In this document: positions 1-15,700 of the stretch, piece after piece | Numbering within the stretch: position 1 is the stretch's first letter | Layout: the number at the start of each line of letters is the position of its first letter | NCBI RefSeq assembly: GCF_021869535.1 | Contig: NW_026262668.1 | Span: forward strand, 104,904,001-104,968,000 | From: Mytilus californianus | Lineage: Eukaryota | Direction: 5' to 3' | DNA: 64,000 nt | Program-made: the position numbers and the translations under genes | Notes under the pieces: generated by a model | What the model saw: only the letters and a program-made list of their open reading frames with translations | Told to the model about the DNA's origin: nothing | Database searches by the model: none

Positions 1-213
1 GGATATTGGACCATAATAGGTGAATGTCCAATTTAAAATTTTTAAGTTCTTAGACCACATTCATTCTGTGTCAGAAACCTATGCTGTGTCAAATATTTAA
101 TCACAATCCAAATTCAGAGCTGTATCAAGCTTGAATGTTGTGTCCATACTTGCCCCAACTGTTCAGGGTTCGACCTCTGCGGTCGTATCAAGCTGCGCCC
201 TGTGGAGCATTTT
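1..213 (+). mobile_element. 3' end of HINE/Helentron-like non-autonomous element
   Basis: Ends gtatcaagctgcgccctgtggagcatttt, the same terminus as the 1381-1986 element. Confidence 0.55.
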
Positions 214-730
214 ATTAAGGTTTGCTTTCTATAAGACATTTACCCCATGACCTATGTTTCTTTTTACATTGTAAAAGATGACATAGAGCCATAAATATTA
301 GCACCAGACAGATTCCATGAGTACATTGAGACCATTTCTGTACCACTGATAAATGTCTTCAAACAGTGCATTTCCTATAGGCCCAATGCTTTGGATCATT
401 TACCAGCAAATATTGACACAGAAATGATACACATTCCAGCCTCTGAATGTAATGGAAAATTAGTTTCATCAAATCTGTAGACAGGTCCTATGAAAAATGA
501 AAATGTTATATTAATCAGATTGTGTTAATAATGTGTAACCAACAATAACAAATTAATCAATTATTAAGAGAGTCATAAATCATCTAGTGGAAGAATGAAT
601 CAACCATTACTACAAAAGCTTAAACATGCTATGGCTAAATAAGCAATAGTGACCAAGTAAGTATTCATACATTCATAAGCTCACTCAAATGTGCTATGTA
701 TTATCAATAGCAAATTGCTTTTTGTTTCAG

Positions 731-774
731 AATATGTAGTTGGAGTGCCTAGAGCAGAACTTCTTCGAGGACAG
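731..774 (+). CDS. ITGA-like: Integrin alpha exon (FG-GAP)
   Basis: tttcag|..|gtaact; (E)YVVGVPRAELLRGQ. Confidence 0.88.
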
Positions 775-3700
775 GTAACTATGAAATAAATGTCATCTTC
801 AGCTTTATTTTACCACAATCATAAAAAGTAGATTATCAAAAATCTTAATGAACTGAATAACTATATTTGATTATAAGGTTGCTGTAGAGAATGGCATAGA
901 CATGATTTATAGATTAATGTGTTAGCCTATGCTTTGTAAAGGCCAGTTTAAAATAACGAATACTGTATTTTTTATTTGGTAAAATAAGTAAACTTTATGT
1001 ATTTACTTTAGCTATGTTGAGCACTTAGTGAACATTTTCTTTAAAGTAAATAAAACCACATGTTTACCTCATCAAAAGACAGTAATTGTGTAGTATATTT
1101 CTTATACAGATCAACTTTGTTAATGTTTTTCAGATAACAATCTACACACAGGAACTAGCCATCATTAGAAATATAACAGGAGAACAGGTGAGTTAAACTA
1201 TCTCAGTGGTACACAGGTTTAATGAACCAGGCTTACCAAAGACAGTTGCTTATTAGTTCAAAGTCTACCAGAACTTTATTGACACTACAAATGACTGAAA
1301 AATTTTGATCCACTGGTTTTTTTTTGGCGCGAAAGTTTTCCTGTTTCTTTCAAAATTAGCCCTTTTACTGTTATAACAAATTTTTTATACGACATCAACA
1401 ATTTTGGGGTTATTGTCCTTACTGTGTAGGAATTAGGGGCCAAAAACATGCATTTTTCTTGTTTCAGGACAATAAGTTGTGTATAGTGTATGGATCTCTA
1501 AGAAATTGTACCACAGGGTTCCATACTTCAAAAGAAAGGTGATTGATTTTGGGGTTATGGCCCAAACGGTTTTGGAGCCAAAATGGGGCCCAAAAACAAG
1601 GATTTTCTGGTTTCCAGAAAATACTTGAGTATAAGTCTATGGATTGCTATGAAATTGTACCACAAGGTTCCATACCAAAAAACAACGGTTGGGATTGATT
1701 TTTGGGGTCATTGCCCTAACCGTTTAGGAATTAGGGGTGAAAAAGGGGCCAAAAAACAATGCTAATCTAATACTTCATATAAATTGCTTATTTTTTTACC
1801 AATTTCAATGGGGTTTGACTCAAAGTCGGGTATTCTTTGATTTTTTAATATGCTGAATCTAACCGTGTATTTAGATTTTTGATTTTTGGGCATGGTTTTC
1901 AAATTAGTCATAATTAAGGTCCAAAGGCTCCAAAATTTAACTTGGGCCTCTGCATTTGTATCAAGCTGCGCGCTTCGGAGCATTTTGTTAACAGCTCTTT
2001 ACTGGATGATTAAATGATGTTAAAGTTTCTGACAGCTTGTTAAAAGGGTGTTTGGCTATAATTTTGCTTAACCTGTTTGGATCAAGTCAGGTAGTGTCTG
2101 GATCATATTTTTCTTCTGTAAGATTTGATCATAGTCACACATCCTAAAATCGTTGCTAATGACATTCACAAAAGGCTAATATATTTGTCTTTTTACTTAC
2201 TGATTAGAAATTAAGTAATACATCAATGAATTGAATGGCTGTCAGGTAGATGAAGGTCACTGTTTAAAACAATTAAGATTATGTCAGAGCAACCACATCA
2301 TCATGGATTCAATAAATTAGAATAGGTTAATGGAGTTTTAGTTCTACTAGTTTTAACAATGAGTTGTTTAATGACTGCATCTGAATAGAAAAAGAATAAC
2401 TAGTATATTTTAATTGTAATATTAGTTTTCCATCAATCATGATATATAATTTGAAAATCACAAGGATAGACTAAGCACAAGTTTCTTCCTTTCTTAGAAT
2501 TGGTCCTGAAATTGGATTTTTTTCATGTGAAGATGAACCTTTAGTGAATTGATGATTTTTCACTTGGTATTTCTGTATAAAGCCAATTAATTCAGTAATG
2601 GAGTTTGCGCTTACTTTGATAATAAAAGATATATAACATTCATTTTTCTGAAGGAAGCACTTAGCTTGCCTTTTTCACAGTGTAAAATTAATTTCGATAT
2701 GCTGTGGCCTTGTCATCTTAAAATTGAAAAAGGTTGAAGTTCAAATAGTTCCTCTTTTATGTTAGGAGTGTTCTCATTAGAAAATTAATGTAATTTAAAA
2801 CCAGTTTTTAATCTAAATAAGATTAATTACATACAATCTTAAAGTGTAAGACAGATATACATATTCAGCATGTAACTTTGGAAATTGTCCAGAACTTGTT
2901 ACTTAATTTTCTGTTTATGATAGACTTGTGTTAGGTAATCAGTTACAGGCTGCTGATGCAAAATAATATAACAAAGTCAGTTGATTTCTAGAAGAAAGGA
3001 ATCTATGTTTCATTATACAGCCAATTTTATGAGGAAGAAGTTTTCTATAGGAATTTTAATAGCCCTCTTCTAATACAAAGAAATTATCAGCTAGATTTTT
3101 TACCTAGATTTATTTAATGGGCATATTCTTTGGAAATATTATTAAAAAAATGTATTAAAAGAGAATTTAATTTGATGAAAGAGCAAATTAACACTTAAAC
3201 CAATTTGATAAGTAAATGTTTTTCAGTATATTCACAATAAGCACTACTACTTTTTTTTCATTTTTGCATAGAAATAATATGGTTATTAATTATCATCAAA
3301 ATGTTTTACAGACAATTGTAACCCATCCCCTCAATCACCTCCCAGTCTCCAGTAAAATTTATGAACCACTTTACTACAGTCACTCCTGATAAGGAATGCT
3401 TAGTGAAGTGGGTCATTTGAGATCAGATTATTGTGTCAATGACTTTGAAAGGCATCAGCAATTTGTAGTATAAATCCCAGATATTTGGTTTAGAACTTCT
3501 CTGATTCATTTACTATTGTGTACTGTTTGAGTTAAATCTCAGATTTCCCTTATTTTTAAATATGTTGAAGTGTTGGTGGTGGCATGTTTGATGTGTAATG
3601 GACAGTTGATGGTAAAATAGAAAGATGCTTTAAGAGAATGGGTTCAAACCTCACACACAAACTATATAAGTATTTCTATACTTTTTGAAAAGATCATGTT

Positions 3701-6700
3701 TGAATTAGTAATCCCACAGATTTGATTTGACTATTATTACATTTAATCCAAATATTTTTCTACATATATAAATCTAGTTATCTGCATTAGTGATTTTTTT
3801 ATTGCTATTTCTCTGGATACCTGTTACTGAACAAGACATATCTATTGACAGACATCTTTAACGCCTTGGCACCAAGAATCTTTATTTATGGATCATTGTA
3901 GATGCTTAGGATATTTATAGAATAAGTCTGTCATTCTTCATGATGTAATGCTACAACTATCTATTGTACTATTATAGTTTGTTCATATTGGAGACATGTA
4001 TGTGAAACAACAATCTGCTCAGAAATAAACAACGATCATTGAAAAAACGCTGTTCATCATCTCGACATCATAGTTGTCTCGTTGGCAATCATACCACATT
4101 TCCTTATATTTATAATGATTGTTGTTTTGTAATGATTTGAAATTTGTCTGTATATATATCTGAAAACAGTTTATAGTTATATTAACTTAAATAAGGCTCT
4201 ACCAAAGTATTTGGAAATATTGTTAGGCGCCACAAACACAAATACAGGTCGAAATTGACCAACTTCTGTTTTGTTTTTCAACCTAACATAATATATATGG
4301 TGTACCGTGTATATCATATTATTTTTATTGCTTTGTACATAAATCATTGGGTATCTGTGTCCCATTGACACATTCTGTTTGTATTTGTAAAATAATTTTG
4401 GCTCTGCTACAATAGAATATTTTGGTTTTACAAATCCTACTGTACTTTCGTCTATGATGAAATGTGTGGAATTTATAGTTTCTGTATAAAAGTTAAGTAA
4501 ATACCAGTATCTTTGTGGGTCAACTTTAAATAGCAGATTATTATAAAGTCAGAATCAGGAATTCAGCATTGAAATTAATTTATATAACAGCTCTCTGTAA
4601 TAAATGCTTATCTTAAGTGATGCAATTTAACATTCACGGTTTTTCTCAATACAAAAATTAAATGCTTTTAACATCAATCTTTCACAATTTAATGGGTTTT
4701 CAGTGTTTTTCAAAGAAAATGGTTTGAAAAGTGTCATTCTCATTTTTTGAGAAGATCCTAATTGTTTGATTTCTCAAAATGTGTTAAACTTAGATGATAA
4801 GGGTACTTAGTTATTGAGTAGTCTCTTCACTAGACTGTCCTCTGTCTGTTATCTTTTATAAGCATGTTTCCTCCACAGCAAGGATTAATTGCCACATTTG
4901 AAAAAAAAAACCCACAAAAAAAACCTAAGCACATTGTTATCAGCTGCAAAGCTTGTCATTCAGTTTCAGTAATGTTTATCCCAAATACTCCAGTTCCCTT
5001 CAACAGTTAAAGTGAATGCTTGAAATGATATGCAGAAAATTTCATCAAACCCCAGCCACCACCCATTATAATTTTATAAATGTATCAACTGGCCAAAATT
5101 TAGAATATAATCTTTGCTTACTTTGATCGTATTTCTGAAAACTGAAGATCATTTAATAGTACATTATAAAAATAAAAAGATGAGGAATGATTGCCTATGG
5201 GACAACTATCCACCTGAGCCCAAATGACGTAGAAGTTAACGACTAAAGTTGCCATACAGCCTTCAACAATGAGCAAAACCCATACCACACAGCAAGCTAT
5301 AAAAGGCCATGACCTGAAAAATGTAAAACAATTCAAACGAAAAAAACTACAGAACTGATTTATGTACAAAGCAAGAATAAAAACACAAATATATACACCA
5401 ACAAACGAAAAACCACTTAATTACAGGCTCCTGACTTGCGACAGGTACATACAGAATGTGGCGGGGTGAAAAATGTTTTCCAGCACTCAACCCTCACCCT
5501 GATCTGGGACAGTGGTTTAACAGCATAGCATAGGAACAAACTATGCAAATCAGTTGAAATGGACTTGATTTGTCAGATCTATACAAAAGACAAAACAACT
5601 AACAAAAATACTAAAACACAAAGTACTGATTTGAGAGTACTTACAGTTTTTGAAAGCTACTTCAATGCCAATAACAACTAATGAAAAAATAATTTATCCA
5701 AGACATTGTTTACAGAACATTAAAACAGATTTTAATTGAAACCAGTTGTCCATTTGATATACATTGTTTATCATCACAAGTTTTTATTGTTTACATATGA
5801 TATAAGTTTTGTCTTGTTTAGGTTGGAGCATATTTTGGTTATGCCTTAGCTGTACAGGACTTGGATGGTAACAAGTAAGTATGCATTTTACAACAGACTG
5901 AACTTGTTAGTGGATTGAAGGTTAAAGTTCTGGTTGCAAACACATTTTTCTATGACCACAAAAGCATCAGTTTCACACAGAGACTAAAATTCTTAAGATA
6001 AGATTGATACCCTTTTCTGAAATGGTACAGGTTTTTTTGTAGCAGATTTGTGGTATAACAGGAATCATCTGAGGAGGATGAATACCCTATTGTTAAGGTT
6101 TGAATGCTGATTTGTCCATGTTTAACCTTTCTTTATGTTGAATGTTTCTTTCCATCCAGCTTTACATTGGATATGATATGTTAAATTGGGATCGTCATAG
6201 ACGGCTCAGGGGATATAAAAGACAGACAGGGTATATGAGCCAATATCCCTTTGAAATCGGATTAACATATATATTTATACTGGAGTGTCCTAATTTCAAC
6301 ATTAAATACCATTCTTATCTTTGTTTTCGTTCACAGGGGTATATGGGCTGATATCCCCTGTCAAAGTAACCAATCAAATCACAGGATTAGCTTGGATATT
6401 TCACTCCCATATAATTCAACTTGTAGTGTGGTTCTCTCCCTTTGCTAACAATTATACCAAAATTCCGTTTAATTAGAGATGATACTTTGACTCCTTGGAA
6501 ATTCTCAGTGAAAACAATAAACGAAAAAAATCAAATATGACAGACAGCAAGCAATTGAAGTTTTGCCCAAGAATATGGCAGGGTTAAACATGTTTGTAAG
6601 TGCTCAACCCTCCACTATCTTTGCACAGTGTTGTAACAACACAACATGAGAACAGCTTTAAAAATAAATCAAATTGGCTAGACTCATCAAAATTGGGAAG

Positions 6701-9700
6701 AAGCACAAAAAATACAAAATACGCAAAGTACTAATCTAAGAGTACTCGTAGTTACTGAAAGCCAATTGCAACTGATAAATGAATCATACTCTCCCAGACT
6801 AAGACTGTTTTGAAAATGATACAGGATTTCTAGAAGAATTAGATTGAAGCAAATCTTTTTTAGTGTTAACTGATTTAGTGGTCACAAGTCAATACATAAT
6901 CTCATTACAACAATGTAAACAGAGATAGGTGTTCAAAGACTTATGGATCTATTTAAATACGGGTCTTTGTTCTGTTATTGCATTGCCTATTACATTGATA
7001 TTATGTTATTACACTGTAAGACATTCTAGTTAATGTTATATCAGGTAGAAATAACTGTTATGAAGCAATAAATTCCATGGAATGTTGATGGTCCTGCCAG
7101 ATTGTGTCAGATGTGGGAATCTTCTTAATATTATGTAATATTCTTAAACATATGGTGTAATCAGCTGATGTGTAGTTCACAGGTTACAAAATATTTTCGG
7201 TTTGATATTTGATCTTACATTATAATATCTTTTTGTAAGAAGTGTTCCATTATGTCGAATTATATATGAAGCATAATTTAAATGGTATTTCTACTTCAAT
7301 TTATTTGATGATGAATTAGCAAATTTAGCTTATTAAGTAGTAAACTGTTAAGAATACAAACAATTTTCTGTAAAGAGGAACATCTTTTGGCCGAGCCCTT
7401 GCAAATTGTTTTAAAAATTGAATTGTACATTAAATCTTTGTGGCATAATTGACTTGGGTTGGGTCACTTACTCCAACAACATGATCCAACCAATTTATTT
7501 GAGTAAAATTTCTTACAGTTGGGCAAAGTTTACAAAATCTATGTAAGTGGTATAAACTTGTCTGATTAATGGATTATCTTTAAATACATATAAGCATAAA
7601 TAAATGTACTTTGCAGATATAGAGGCGGTACAACCCTTTTCCTTATATCTTCTCATGGTGTCTTCTGTTCTTTAGCAACACCTTGTCTGCTATTTAAAAC
7701 TAAATATAACTTTAAGCTATGTTGTATGACCCCTGTGAACCCTTTATTGGAAAATAATAAAAATATATTCTGATTCTATATACCACACATTTTTGAAGAG
7801 AGTGAATATTAGTAATAATTGCAATAATTAACTTAAGGTTTATATTTTCAAAATGTGTAAATTCTAGTTTTTCACATTTTTTTGCAGCCTTGATGACATT
7901 ATTGTTGGAGCACCACTGTATTCAAATTACACCTCTGTAAATAGCTATGATACTGGCAGAGTCTATGTGTACTACCAAAATAGACAGGTTTGTGTATTTT
8001 CTGATATCTTATTTGTTACCATAGTACCTTGCAAATTTTCACTGGGTATTGGCTTTGTAAGGCAAATGAATAAATGCCATCTATATTTCTCTGTTATTAT
8101 TGTACCTGTTAACAATTGGTGAGGTAAATACTGTATTGTTATACAACTGTACAATATAGATTTGTAATTATTCACATTAACATTGAAATCTAACTTTATG
8201 TTTTAGTATATTTTTCACATGAAATCTTGTCATGGCTCTTTGTGTAATGATGATTGGGAATTTGTGGTTTATTTTCAGAGACAGTTTAATCCAAAGAAAC
8301 GATATGATATATTAGAAGGACATGATGCTAAATCTCGTTTTGGAGCTGCGTTGACAGGACTTGGTGACATCAACTATGATGGATATAAAGGTATGATTTT
8401 ATGATTTTAGAAAAACATACAAAAAACCATTATCTTTGAAAAGAATACTCAATGAACTAAGAGTTATTTTTCATAAACTTTTGTGTTAACATTCCTATTT
8501 TATCAGGATTATTATAGAAGAGTAGTTTTTGGTACAATTTTTTACTATTTTATTTGTATTTCCATCTAGAATGATATCAACTTCATATTTCCTTATTATT
8601 TACATATGAAATTCTTTTTGAACTAAATCATGTTTTTGAAGAAAGAAAGTATACACCTAAGACGTATCAATAGATTTATTTATTCAAAGGCAATTACTTT
8701 TTCAGATTTAGCAGTAGGGGCACCATACGGGGGAAAAGAAGGGAAAGGAGCAATTTACATTTACCATGGTTCTATGAAAGGAATTTTAACACAGGTTTCA
8801 CAAGTGAGTTTATTTCCAGATAGTTAATGGTAAAAGAGAAACCTACAGCTGAGTTAACTCATATTTATTTCATCTGGTTAAAAGGGCAATGTGAACAATT
8901 ACCTTCACTTGATGTCTGTCTTTATCTCTGAATGTTTTCTAAACTCATCTCTTCAATTTCAACCAAACTTGAATGATCCTTAAGGTATCTAGTATAGAGT
9001 TTGTGTTTTTTCTCAAGGCTATTCAACCAACTTGCTAATGTCTAAGATAGAACATATTGGTAAAAGGAAGTAATTGTATGATATCTTAAAATTCATAACA
9101 GGCAAATGCTACAGTGTCGAAAACTACCTACATATAAAAAAGAAGATGTGGTATGAGTGCCAATGAGACAACTATCCATCCAAGTCACAATGTGTAAAAA
9201 ATAAACAATTATAGGCCTTCAACAAGGAGCCTTGGCTCACACTGAACAGCAAGCTATAAAGGTCCCCAAAATGACTAGTGTAAAACAATTCAAACAGGAA
9301 AACCAACGGTCTAATCTATATAAAAAACGAGAAACACTTATGAACCACACCAACAAACAACAACCACTAAACAACAGGCTCCTGACTTAGGACAGGTGCA
9401 TAAAAATGCAGCGGGTTTAAACGTTTTAACAGATGCCAACCTTCACCCTAACCTGAAACAGTGGTGTAACATTACAACATAAAAAGACACACAATAAAAT
9501 ATCAATTGAAACATAGTAAAATAAAACAAGTAAATATACACTGAACGAATAAGTTTGATCTTTGACACAATATAAATGAAAAAGATGTATCTGTGTCAAA
9601 AAGACAACTTTAACCTAGGACAAAATGGGGATAAATAAAGTAATGTACACATGTAAATTTAAATATAATATTTTTGTTGTTTGGAGTACCGAAACATTTT

Positions 9701-12700
9701 TATGCCCCACTTAGGGGCATTATGTTTTTCGGTCTGTGCGTCAGTTCGTTCATGTGTCCGTCCTTCCGTCTGTCCGTTCGTCCGTCTTTCCTGCTTCAGG
9801 TTAAAGTTTTTGGTTAAAGTTTTTGGTCAAGGTAGTTTTTGATGAAGTTGAAGTCCAATCAACTTGAAACTTAGTACACATTTTCCCTATGATATGATCT
9901 TTCTAATTTTAATGCCAAATTAGTTTTGACCCCAATTTCACTGTCCACTGAACATAGAAAATGATAGTGCAAGTGGGGCATGTGTGTACTATGGACACAT
10001 TCTTGTTTACAAAATAAATTTGTTGTTCATAGTACGAGTACAGAAGTGAAAATTTGTCATCATACTTAATACTTATCAAAGGTGGTACATATTAAAAATA
10101 GTAAGATGAGATATAACACAAAATAAGTAAACATTGAATAACAGAAATGCATTACAAATTGTGTCAACAGGTCAAATTAACACGAAAGTACCATTTGAGA
10201 GTACTCACAGTTACTGAAAGCTAGTTAAAAGCCAAAAACAATTCATAATAAAAAATCATGCATCAGAGGCTAAAATCAATTAAAACACATCCCAGGCAGG
10301 GATTTAGTGTTTTAAAGCCATGGACAGTCAAAGAAGACATGACTTGTGCAATGCCAAAATAAAAGTATTGACAGGCAGTAGGATAGTTAGGATTTAACCT
10401 TATTATAAATATGTATGATGTTATATATAGATAAGACAATTGCTAAATAGAAAATAAACGTGGATGTGTATATATACATCCCAAAAAACCATTCGAAAAG
10501 AATTTAAAATTAGTTATGTTTTAATTTGTTGATGACAAAATCGATGTTAGTGCCAATGAAAACAATATTCAAAGATCTTATTACAACATTAATAAGATAA
10601 CCTATAGTAATAAGTTTGTTTAAAGGTTCGTTAAGTTTTCATGGATTACATAGTGATTTCCGCGCTTTTAGTACAATATTCTGCAAAATTTAGGATGTGA
10701 AATAACGTTTTTAATAAGTTTTCTACAGGTACAGCTAAATTTACTAATCAAATCTTTGTATCTATGAAAGAATTTAGTAAATGTTTTAAGCAATATATGG
10801 TAACGAAATCCCTGACTTAATAATATACCAGTGATGCATTGATTACGTTCGTTAAAATCTATGACATCACTACACACACGGGCATAACGAACGAGTTGGG
10901 ATATATAAACACTGTATGATGGAGCCAAAGGAACAGCGCCGTCTAAAAAAGGAAAATTAACAATAGGGAATGAAAAATCGTCTCTTTTGTCATAAATTTT
11001 TGTATGGAGTTTCCCTTTAGAAATTGAAATGTCTAAATCTAGAAAAGGACAACTACTGCTGTTTATATAAGATTTATTTAAAGTAAGTTCCTTTGGGTTA
11101 ATTTCGGTAGTATATTTGAAGAACTCTGGATTATTTAATGAAAAAACATCATCAAGATAACGGTAGGTATTGTTGAATGTGTCAACCAAATGTAACAATG
11201 ATGTGTCTGTACTGATTTTGGCCATAAACTGTGATTCATAGCAATATAGGAATAAATCTGCTATTAAAGGGGCGCAATTAGTGCCCATAGGAATACCTAA
11301 TACCTGTCGATACACTTTATCGCCGAAACGTACATATATGTTGTCCAGGAGAAAATTTAAAGCTTCAATCATATCTTCACATTTCTAGTAAGTGTATCTA
11401 GCATACTTTCCTTTTTCGTTACAGAAAAAGGCTTTAAACGAGTAACAGCAAATAAATTTGCAATGAGATTTTTAAAAATACCATTTAATTAAATATGAAA
11501 ACTTTTTCTTGATAAGATTGTGTGGAAGTGTAGTGTAGAGAGTATAAAAATAATAACTGTCAACAGAATACATTACAGTTTGTTTCTATCAAATTTTAAG
11601 ATGATGCGTTGTAGAAGTTTTTACAATTTTAGCTTTTATTGTTGCTGAGTTGTAGACCTTAACAGAGCGAAAAGTTATACATAGTTTATACAACAGAAAA
11701 TGAGATTTCCAGTTTATATGATTTATTTTTATTTTGAGTTATTTCCCTTGGAACAGAAATGGTGTAATTGATAAGTATATGGATAGATAGTCTATCAATG
11801 ATTGTATCAGTTCAATTGATTTTAGTCAGGAGTTGTCAAAAAATTTCTTTATAACTATTTTTTTTAAGTCATGTTTGTTTTGAAGGTAGATGTCACAGTT
11901 GTTATGTGGTATTTTATTTTTGTTGTGTGTGTTAATGTTTAATTTTTACTTATCCTTTTTGGGGGTCCAGATTTGCAAATATCATTTTCATGCAGGAAAA
12001 TCCGGTTTGCTGTCACTCTGACAGCCTCTTGTTTCCAAATATAAGGGTTTTGCCTATTGTCTTGAAAACTAATAGAATAAGATATGCAGACACTCTAAAC
12101 TGCAAAAATGATCAGCAAAAGAAGATCTACAGAAATGCTGTATGACCCAAAACCATTTATTGACTCATATGAGAGTTATTGCCCTTAATGACAAATTTAT
12201 TTCGTTAATTTCAATGATTTGCCTATTATTTTGAAAACTAATAAAATAGTTTTTTTTTCATGTGAATAATTAATATGATCCTGCAACTGAAGAAAAGAAA
12301 AGCATCATTTTAACAATCGATGGTGCATGGAGGGAAATTGATTTAGAAAAAGATGATCAAAATGGCATATTTTTGTCAGGTGTTTATGGAGCCTATAATT
12401 CTTCTTACAATAAATTGGGGCTTATAGTAAAACAGGCATCCACAGATGCTTTTTCCTATATACAGTATTTCACAATTAATTGGACTTTGTAGTGTGTACA
12501 GTATTCAAGAATTAATTGGGCTATGTAGTGTATACAGTATCCCACAACTAATTGGGCCCTTGAAGTGTATACAGTACTCCACAAATGTTTAAGACATAAT
12601 TTTTATCATTGAAGGTTATACATGGTGCTGATTTTCCATCTGTTAAAAGTTTTGGATTTTCTTTGTCTGGAGGACTTGACTTAGACAAAAACCAGTATCC

Positions 12701-15700
12701 AGGTAGTTTTAATTTATTTTTTAACAACTTCTTATTCAGAAACTTTTAAACACGAGTACTCTATGGGTATATTAAGTGCCAGTCTTTGTAAGAATCAGGC
12801 AATTTAGAATAATTTCAAAACATGACAGAAAAAAACCTGCTGACCTAACCATCCTATTTTATAGTAACCCTCGTTCTGAAGTGGTAGGTCTTTCGTTTCT
12901 GCATGTCTGGTAATTCAAGAAATCTCTAAATAACTTTTGGTTAGAATGATAGCAAATCATGGAGTTAGATCCCCTCATTTGGTAATTTCTAGTGCATTTC
13001 AACGAAATTATATCTTGAAATACCAGAACAGGAAAAGGAAACGAATGTTATATTCGTGCACCATTATATATTTTGAACTTAAATTAATGTAATCTTGAGT
13101 GGGTTTTTGTTTGTCATGTTTTCACTACAGTTTGATTCTTAGGCAGATTGGCACTTACAAAGACCTCACTTTACGACATTTGAAGTAATTAGAACTGCTT
13201 TGATACACGATTACAACAGATATTTGTTATGTGCAAAACATAATTAGAAAACTGAATGGGTCTATAAAGAACTGTTTGTCATAACCCTGCTTGTTTGAAA
13301 ACTAAAATATTCCTATGAGTAAGGGTAAAGTTGAAATAATTCAAATATGTAGAAACTGATATTAAGTTGGGTCAGTTGCATTGTAACTGTCAATGTGATT
13401 TACTTTCAGATTTATTAGTTGGGGCATATGAATCACAGGCAGCACTTCAATTGTGGTAAGTTAGGTGTGATTTAGTAATTAAATAGGAATATGTTTTATG
13501 AAAAGAAAAAAGATCTTTCAGTAATTCAATAACCAGTCATCTTCGTCAGAGTGATCACTGTAACATTTCTAAGGTATGATCAGCAAATTAATTTCAATTT
13601 TTAAAGTTAATTTGGAAAAGAGAGAATTACTTTTACGTTGGTAAGAGTTACCATGTTAAATTATATGACCAATCTCTAGAAAAGGGAAAAATTATATAAC
13701 TTTATTTACCCTGTAAGAAATACTTTACTTGAGAGAAAATAGTTTTAATAGCTTAAAGATGTTGGTTGATTTGGATGTTTACAAACTGAGGAAAGTAAAT
13801 ACATTTATGAGCTTTTCAGAGACAATGTAAGAAATGACTATTATCAGTAAAAGCTGCAACCTAGTTAGTAAATTATCTCCCATTCTGGTATAATGAAAAC
13901 ATATAAAAAAAACCATCAGTATCATAATTTGATATATAATCTAAATATCTATGTTTAAGGGCAAGACCCATAGTAAGAGTTGCTGCCAGTGTACAACTAC
14001 AACCACAAACTATAGATTTGGAACAAAAAAAGAGTTGCCCTGTTACATGGAGTCCAACGCCAGTTCTGTGGTAAGTTTCATTATTCATTTTCAAGGCCAT
14101 ATGATACAGTTTTGATCCCATGGTGAATTTTTGATGTAAACTTGCATAGAAGCTATTTTATACCTAGTCAATTTAAATATGTAATAAAAAATATACTGTC
14201 ATGTGCTATTTTGAGAGATAAATGGGGTCGAAATTATAGAAATTTACTCAAAATTCAGTTTCTCAGACATTCATTTCTATGCTTTGGACAGATATACCTT
14301 ACTTTTTTATTTCAAAAGATTAACACAAGCAGATTTTTGTAAAAGCATTTGGAATATCTTCTTTACATAAGTATGATCTAAATTTGTGTAACTATTCTTT
14401 GGACATAGTTAATTGTTATTGAATTTTCATGATTTTAGAAAAAAAAACCCAGCATTTTTGCTGTATATTTATCTAATTTAAAAAAACAATCATCTGTGAT
14501 TTGTTCATAAAAATTGGTACAAAGATTCTTCATACACAATCAAACCAAATGCCATGTTTAAAAAGAGGCTTCCATGTACTTGTTAACAAGCTAATGGTTT
14601 AAATAAGTAGAAAATGTATCTTTTTCTGACAGTTTGACGTTACCAAAAATAACATTTTACGTTAGCATTATCTCCCCTGTAACTGTATTGTGCCCTTAAG
14701 GATGTTTGCTCTTTTTGTTTTTGAATTTTTGCCAGATATTCGGAATCCTCTGGTTTTATCCATGTAATGCCATTAAAAATTTTGCCCACTAACCTCTACT
14801 TTTCTTTCATCTTTTTTGTTATTTTTTCATCGTTTTTGAAAGAAAAAAGGTGCCAATGTTAAATGTATGAAAAATCTAGAGAGAATTATTTCCCGCCAAA
14901 TTTTCAATGGCTTATATCTCGAAAACAAGCAGATGGACCCTTCATTTTTTTCTGCTTTTTTAGTTTATTTATTTTTATACTATCAATTTATAATAGTCTT
15001 TTAAAAAACTTGTTATTTTGAAACAGAGTAGCGAACATTCTTAAGTAATGGCCAGGGATGTTTTGCAACCTTTAAATCTGTGAAATTTTCTATCTTTACA
15101 ATATGTATATCTCTGATATATGAACAAGCAATAACCTGCTGGGAAAAAAAACAACTTAGAGGAGTTAATATGCTCAATTTCAAATACACAAAAAATCAAT
15201 GAATTTCAATAAGTATTTATTTTATGAAAAATTAGATAAATCAAAATCCTGGTGATATCTCTGCAAAACTAAAAGTTTCCAGCTTAAAAGCATTAAGAGA
15301 CAAAACCATGACCATGGCCAAACCATGTACACTTCAATAAAGGAAACATGAAAAGATACACACAGGGGAAAAAAAAACCACATTCCTCCACTTTTCTTAG
15401 CAGGGGAAGGGTAATAAAAAAAATAAAACATGTTTTATATATATGAATTCACCATGTTTAAACAACCACTGTTCAATTATATTTTGATCTTAGCTTCAAT
15501 GTTGGAACATGTGTAAAGTATAATGGTCTTGGTGTTTCTGAGCGACTTTTGTTTGACCTTTCATGGGAGTTTGATTCTCTGAAGAAAACCAACAAAAGAG
15601 TTTTTCTTTTGGCAACCCAGATGTCAGAGGAAATGCTGTTAGATAAAGAATTAGAAAGGAATAAAACATTTTGTCACAATTCTTTTGTCTATATAAAAAA

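Noticed and set aside
8791-8803. Alternative donor ACAG|GTTTCA nine nt upstream of the chosen donor
   Set aside because: Weak consensus versus CAA|GTGAGT, and ..SQVI is the expected integrin sequence
10628-10640. In-frame TGA in the RT tail as a possible selenocysteine codon (some Naiads encode selenoproteins)
   Set aside because: It aligns with Leu, not Cys, in the 62023-62325 copy and lies beyond a frameshift; no SECIS was identified
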